A DNA stretch of 64,000 bases from Azolla caroliniana (lineage: Eukaryota; Plantae; Polypodiophyta). The translations under genes were made by a program, and so were the position numbers. Below the pieces are notes generated by a model, which did no database searches, had not been told where the DNA came from, and was given only the letters and a program-made list of their open reading frames with translations. This document shows, piece by piece, positions 58,278 through 64,000 of the stretch (positions are counted from its first letter, which is position 1; the number at the start of each line of letters is the position of its first letter). The stretch covers positions 4,464,001 to 4,528,000 of the forward strand of contig JBHGNT010000011.1 in assembly GCA_043228905.1 (NCBI GenBank), written 5' to 3'.

Positions 58278-61047
58278 TTTGGCAAGTAAGGATGCGCGCG
58301 ATCATTGTGCAGAACGGAGTTCAGAAGGCTTTAGATGTAAGGCCCGACGGTATGACGGACACCATGTGGGAGGATATAGACGAGAAGGCCCGCTCAGCGA
58401 TTCAACTGTCTTTGGCAAATGAAGTTTTGCAGGAGGTAATCTCTAAGAAGACAGCGAAGGCACTATGGGAAAATTTGGAGTCTCTCTATCTGAAAAAAAC
58501 TCTAACGAACAAACTTTATAAGAAACAGTGCTTATATTCACTACGGATGAGTGAAGGTACATCGCTCAGTTTTCATATTGATGAGTTTGAATCTATTATC
58601 ATGGATTTGCAAAATCTCGATGTTACTATTGATGATGAAGATAAGGCATTGTTGTTGTTGTGTTCATTACCCCATTCATATAGACATTTTAGAGAAACTA
58701 TGTTGTATGGGAAAAATACTATTTCTCTAAAAGATGTTAAATTTTCTTTGGAAACTAAAGAAAAGATTGATCATGATATCATTGTACAAACTAATGATAG
58801 TCAGGCACAGGGTTTATAAGTAAGGGGTAGATCTAAACAAAAAGGGAACAATAGAGATAGGCCTAAATCTAGATCTAAATCCAGAAGTAGATCTGTTGTG
58901 TGTTGGCATTGTAAGGAACTAGGCCATGTTCACAAGAATTGTGATAAGTTGCAGAGAAAAAAGAATACTCCACAAGATAGAAATGAGGATGCAGGAAAAG
59001 CTATTGTTGTTGAAGTGGGAGGCGATGTTGATGTGCTCCTTGTGACGGAAAAGTCAATCACGCTGAATAATGAGTGGATTATGGATACTGGTTGTTCTTA
59101 TCATATGTGTCCCAATCGGGACTAGTTTTCATCATACGAGTCTATTGATGGAGGAGTAGTTTTGATGGGGAATAATGCTCCATGCAAAACTATTGGAATA
59201 GGAACAGTACGGATCCGGATGTTTGATAGGATTGTCAAAACATTGACTGATGTGAGGCATGTTCCTAATCTGAAGAAGAATCTCATCTCATTAGGCACCC
59301 TTGATGCCAACAGGTGCAAGTTCTCAGCTGAAGGTGGAGTATTAAAAGTTAGCAAAGGTGCGTTGGTTGTGATGAAGGCTAGAAAAGTAGGAAGCCTGTA
59401 TGTATTACATGGCTCGACAATGACGGCTTCTGTAGCAGTTTCTTCATCGTCTATGTCAGATTTTGATGTTACGAAGTTATGGCACATGAGGCTCGGGCAT
59501 ATGAGAGAAAAAGGTTTAACCTTATTGAGAAAACGAGGACTACTTTGTGGCCAAAGTACGGGAAAGATGGATTTTTGTGAGCACTGTGTATTTGGAAAGC
59601 AGAAGAGACTCAGCGTTGGCACTAGAATCCATAAGACTAGAGGTTCTTTGGATTATATTCACTTTGATTTGTGGGGACCAACACCAGTTCCATCAAAAGG
59701 AGGACCTCGATATCTTTTGACTTTTATTGATGATTTTTCAAGAAAAGTCTGGGTCTATTTTCTTAAACACAAAAGTTATGTGTTTGATACTTTTAAGAAG
59801 TGGAAAATTCTGGTCGAGAAGCAAACGGGAAAGCAGATTAGAAGTATTCGAACTAATAATGATTTGGAATTCTGCGGAGGAGATTTTAACAGGTTTTGCG
59901 AGGCTGAAGGAATTTCCAAACATCGCACAATAGTTAAAACACCGCAGCAGAATGGCGTAGCTGAGCGCATGAACAGAATTCTTTTGGAAAGGGCTCGTTG
60001 TATGCTTTCCAATGTTGGGTTGTCCAAACACTTTTGGGCTGAAGCAGTTTCCACGACATGTTTCCTAGTGAATTGTTCACCGTCAACGGCAATTGAGTTT
60101 AAAACTCCTAAAGAGGTATGGTCCGGTAAACTTGCAAATTATTCAAATTTGAGAATATTTGGATGTCCTACTTATATGCATATTAGTGAAGGAAAATTGG
60201 AGCCTCGAGCTAGAAAATGTATTTTTCTTGGTTATGCTTTTGGGGTGAAAGGATATAGGTTGTGGTGTCCTGATCCTAAGTCACCTAAATTCGTAATTAG
60301 TAGAGATGTTACTTTTGATGAATCTGCTCTACTAAATCCTCGAAAGGAGCTTGTGTTTTCTTCTGATACATATAAGACATGAAGTACATCAAAGCAGGTG
60401 GAACTTGAAGTTCTAAGTCCACCAGTGATGGCTGAAACACCTGATCCTGAATCTGTAGAAAAGGAGCCTGATGTTGTGGAAGAAGCACCTCCTAAGGAAG
60501 AACAAAGTATTGCAAGAGATAGACCAAGAAGAGAAATTAGACCACCATAGAGATATGTTGATATTGTTGCATATGCTTTATCAGTTGGAGAAGAAACAAA
60601 TTCTATTGGCGAGCCAACTTCTTACTCTGAAGCCGTTTCTTCTGTTGATTCCACCAAGTGGTTGTTTTCTATGCAAGAAGAAATTGAGTCTCTTTATAAA
60701 AACAAAACTTGGGTACTTGTGAAGCCGCCAGCTAGAAAAAGGATTGTTGGCTATAAATGGATCTTCAAAATAAAGGTAGAAATTCTTGGAGTGGAGAACG
60801 CAAGGTACAAGGCATGGTTAGTAGCTAAAGGCTACAGTCAAGTACCAGGTGTTGATTTTAATGATATTTTCTCACCTGTTGTGAAACATAGTTCTATTTG
60901 TGTCTTGCTTGCATTAGTTGCTATGCATGATTTGGAGTTAGAACAACTTGATGTAAAAACCGCATTTTTGCATGGTGAACTTCAAGAAGACATTTACATG
61001 AAACAACCAGAAGGGTTTGTTGTTGAAGGAAAAGAAGATCATGTTTG
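58278..61047 (+). mobile_element. Degenerate Tork-like Ty1/copia internal region (gag, PR, IN, RT N-part)
   Basis: [38 protein letters not shown] and LDVKTAFLHG with several stops. The 5' end is cut by the LINE and the 3' end by an LTR. Confidence 0.92.
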
Positions 61048-61358
61048 TGTCGAATACGAATGTATAATGGCTGTATTCACACTGTCCCTTTGGACAGCCC
61101 AAGTTTGGGCTATTTCTGTAAATATCATAAAGGGCAGTTGCCCTAAGATTGTCACTATATAAAGTGACTCTGTAACCTTTAGTTAAGGTTGTTGGTTGTC
61201 ATTTGTAACTGTTGCTATTAAGAAATAAAACGTTTCTTTGTGCCTATCTGTGTGTGTGGGTGTGTGCGTGTGTGTGTGTCTTGTTCATTCTCATACGCAG
61301 GTTCTTCTCCATAACTGACGTTGTTTGTTCTTTCGCACTGACGACCTTGTCCCCAACA
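61048..61358 (+). mobile_element. LTR of the same family as the split solo LTR at 14952-23722
   Basis: TGTCGAATACG...CCCCAACA, sharing aaagggcagttgccctaa. Confidence 0.8.
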
Positions 61359-61362
61359 TTTG

Positions 61363-61412
61363 TGTAAACGTAAGTGTTTGCGCAAGCGTAAAACAGAGAA
61401 CAACACAGAGAC

Positions 61413-61445
<33 letters not shown>

Positions 61446-64000
61446 CAGAGAGAGCAGAACACAATTTCAAAATTATATCAAGACTCTGTACACACACTGT
61501 GCTAAGTAGCACTATTTATACAAGTCCTCTTGGGACTGACAGAAGTACCATGTACTTCAATGCTCACACGAGCATCTGACACTTACTACGAGACTATAGC
61601 TACCTAGTAGTCTATCCTATACTAGGCTTCCGACTGGTCTTCCGGTTACAGATTGCACCCGGCCTCCACTGCTTGCCGGTTCGGTTGCTCATCGTCATAC
61701 CGATCCGTTTCGCCCGATCCGTCTCGCTTACCGGCTCCGGCTTATTCAGCCGATCCGGCTCCGATTGAGCTTGCCGCTCAACACTCCCCCTCAAGCTCAA
61801 CCTGAGGTGGGGTCGTAGTGTCGACCTCTGTGGCAGTCGATTCTTCCAACCGACTTCTCCTGGCGTCACTCCGCCTTGCTCGCGCTCCTCGTCCGGTCCG
61901 GTCCCGTTTGCCGCGACCCCTTTGGTTCTGCGCGCCTCGACCCTCTCGGTCGGCATGTCTACTCAATAGGCCCATCTCAGCACTCACGTTGTTGTGACTC
62001 CGGCGCTTGCCGATCCGTCGGTTCTCCCACGATGGCATCGACTTCCGCTGTGTCCGTGTCCCCTTGGCCTTCAGTCGATCCGACTCATCCGGATCCATCT
62101 GTTGATTCGAGTCAGCTGTCTCCGACTCGTTCCAGCTCTTGTCCGAATCGGTACACTCCGATTCGACTTCCGGCTTCAGGCCTCTCACCACATCGGACCA
62201 CTTCCATGTCTTGGCCTTCTCCATGCTTCCCTCGGCTTCTTCAGCCGGTGAACCGAAATCGAATTCTTCATTCAACTCCGCATCATGGTCAGTACCGTCG
62301 TGATGACCTCCGCACAGCATGCACTTCTCTTCCTGAGTGCACAACTCTTCTTCACAGCCGCTTGCTCTGACCTGTTCGGATGTGTCGACTTCCTTCCTCG
62401 ACTCGGCTTCCTTCATCTCCTTGTCTCCTCTTCTTCCGGCTCTCCTCTTACCGACGGGTTCAACAGTTTTTTGGCCTTTGCCCGTTTCGGTAGAGACTTT
62501 GCCCTTGCTTCTCCCCCTCAAGTGCGGCACGTCGAGATGCTGAATACCAAGCATGTCGGTAAAGTGCTGCAACTTGTCCGATCCGAGCGGCTTGGTGAAG
62601 ATGTCGGCAAGTTGCCGATCCGTATGAACATACCGTAGGTCAACTTCACCGCTCAGGACCCGCTCACGCACGAAGTGGTAGTGCACCTCGATGTGCTTTG
62701 TGCGAGCATGGAACACGGGGTTCCTGGCGAGCTGCAGGCTGCTCATGTTATCGCAGTAAATCGGGATCGGGTTCGGTACCTCGATCCGCAAGTCTCACAG
62801 CAGTCGCCGAAGCCAAATGGCTTCACAAGTGGCAACGGTAGCGGCCCGGTACTCAGCCTCAGTGCTTGACAAAGCCACTGTGGGTTGCTTCTTGCTGCTC
62901 CACGCAACGGCCGCGCTACCTATGGAGAACATGTATCCGGAAGTGGAGCGGCGATCAGACGCATCGCCGGCCCAGTCAGCATCTGTGTAACCGACAAGCT
63001 CTTCGGGTATACCTCGCCGGTATAGCAGTCCCCGGTCCTTAGTGCCGCTGACATACCGTAATATATGTTGCGCGCACTGAAGGTGTTCCACAGTCGGCTT
63101 CTGCATGAACTGACTTACCATGCCGACCGGATAGCTGATGTCGGGTCGGGTGATGGTTAAGTAGATCAGGCTTCCGACAACCTGTTGGAACCGTTTCTCA
63201 TTGCAGGTCGGTCCGGAGTTGGGACGGAGCTTCTGGTTCCGATCCAGGGGTGTGGAGACAGGTCGGCAATCCGACATGCCGAACTTATACAGCATATTCA
63301 ACACGTAATGTCGTTGTGAGAGCAAAATGTCGTCGGGGGTCCGGATCACTTCGATTCCAAGAAAATAATGAAGGTCCCCCAGGTCCTTCATTTCGAATGC
63401 GTCCGACAACTGGGACTTGACGCAGTTGATTTCAAGAAGACCCGGTCCGGTGATGACTAAATCATCCACATACAAGAGTATACATACCGGACCGTCAGAG
63501 CCTTGCCGGATGAACAACGAAGAGTCCAACTTAGAGACAGCAAACCCCAGCTTACGCAACCGGTGCGTGATCTTCGCATTCCAAGCTCGGGGGGCTTGCT
63601 TCAAGCCGTAAAGCGACTTCTTCAATCGGCATACCACCGATTTGTTCATCTCCGATTGAAATCCGGGGGGCTGAGTCATAAAGACTTCTTCTTCAAGCTC
63701 TCCTTGAAGGAAGGCATTCTTCACATCCATCTGGAGAAGATGCCACCCCCTTGCCGCAGCAACCGCCAGTACCACACGAACCGTCGTCATCTTCGCCACA
63801 GGAGCGAAGGTCTCGTCGTAGTCGATTCCATGGGTCTGCGCGTATCCCTTCGCCACTAACCGGGCTTTGTACCGGTTAACAGAACCGTCGGCGTTGTACT
63901 TGACCTTGTACACCCACTTGCATCCGATCGGTTTACAGTGACGGGGAGGATCAACTAGGTCCCAAGTTTCGTTGGCATCGAGTGCCCGCATTTCTTCGTC
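61363..64000 (-). mobile_element. Ty1/copia 3' half (RT, RNase H, long C-terminal extension, 3' LTR 61363-61783)
   Basis: ORFs 62795-63991 and 61778-62791 are in one frame with a single TGA (likely CGA>TGA). PPT ttgagggggag abuts TGTTGAG. Confidence 0.93.

Overview
Eukaryotic land-plant DNA, probably a non-seed plant such as a fern (inferred from the transposon repertoire and GA microsatellites). About 85% of the window is nested transposons. There are two host genes: the 3' exon of a probable AIPP2/PAIPP2-like PHD protein gene (1-1357) and a two-exon P-type PPR gene resembling Arabidopsis ABO5 (40948-44464), whose intron holds four identical 211-bp tandem units. Mobile content: several Ty1/copia elements (two with both LTRs and 5-bp TSDs), a tRNA-Trp-primed non-chromovirus Ty3/gypsy plus two Gag-only non-autonomous relatives (4-bp palindromic TSDs, all nested in copia pol genes), Tcn1-like chromoviruses, solo LTRs, an intron-containing Sola2-like DNA transposon and an RTEX/L2-like LINE with intact ORF2. 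The most notable observation is that LTRs of several unrelated gypsy families carry a tRNA-derived Pol III A-box/B-box cassette, always antisense to the element, with fixed tRNA spacing but a divergent anticodon arm. This resembles the 5S rRNA cassette of Cassandra elements. Other signals: probable UGA-CGG readthrough between LINE ORF1 and ORF2, a -1 frameshift cassette and Tf1-type self-priming in the Tcn1-like element, and one LTR family inserted twice beside the same 12-mer. All comparisons were made by eye; no database searches were run.
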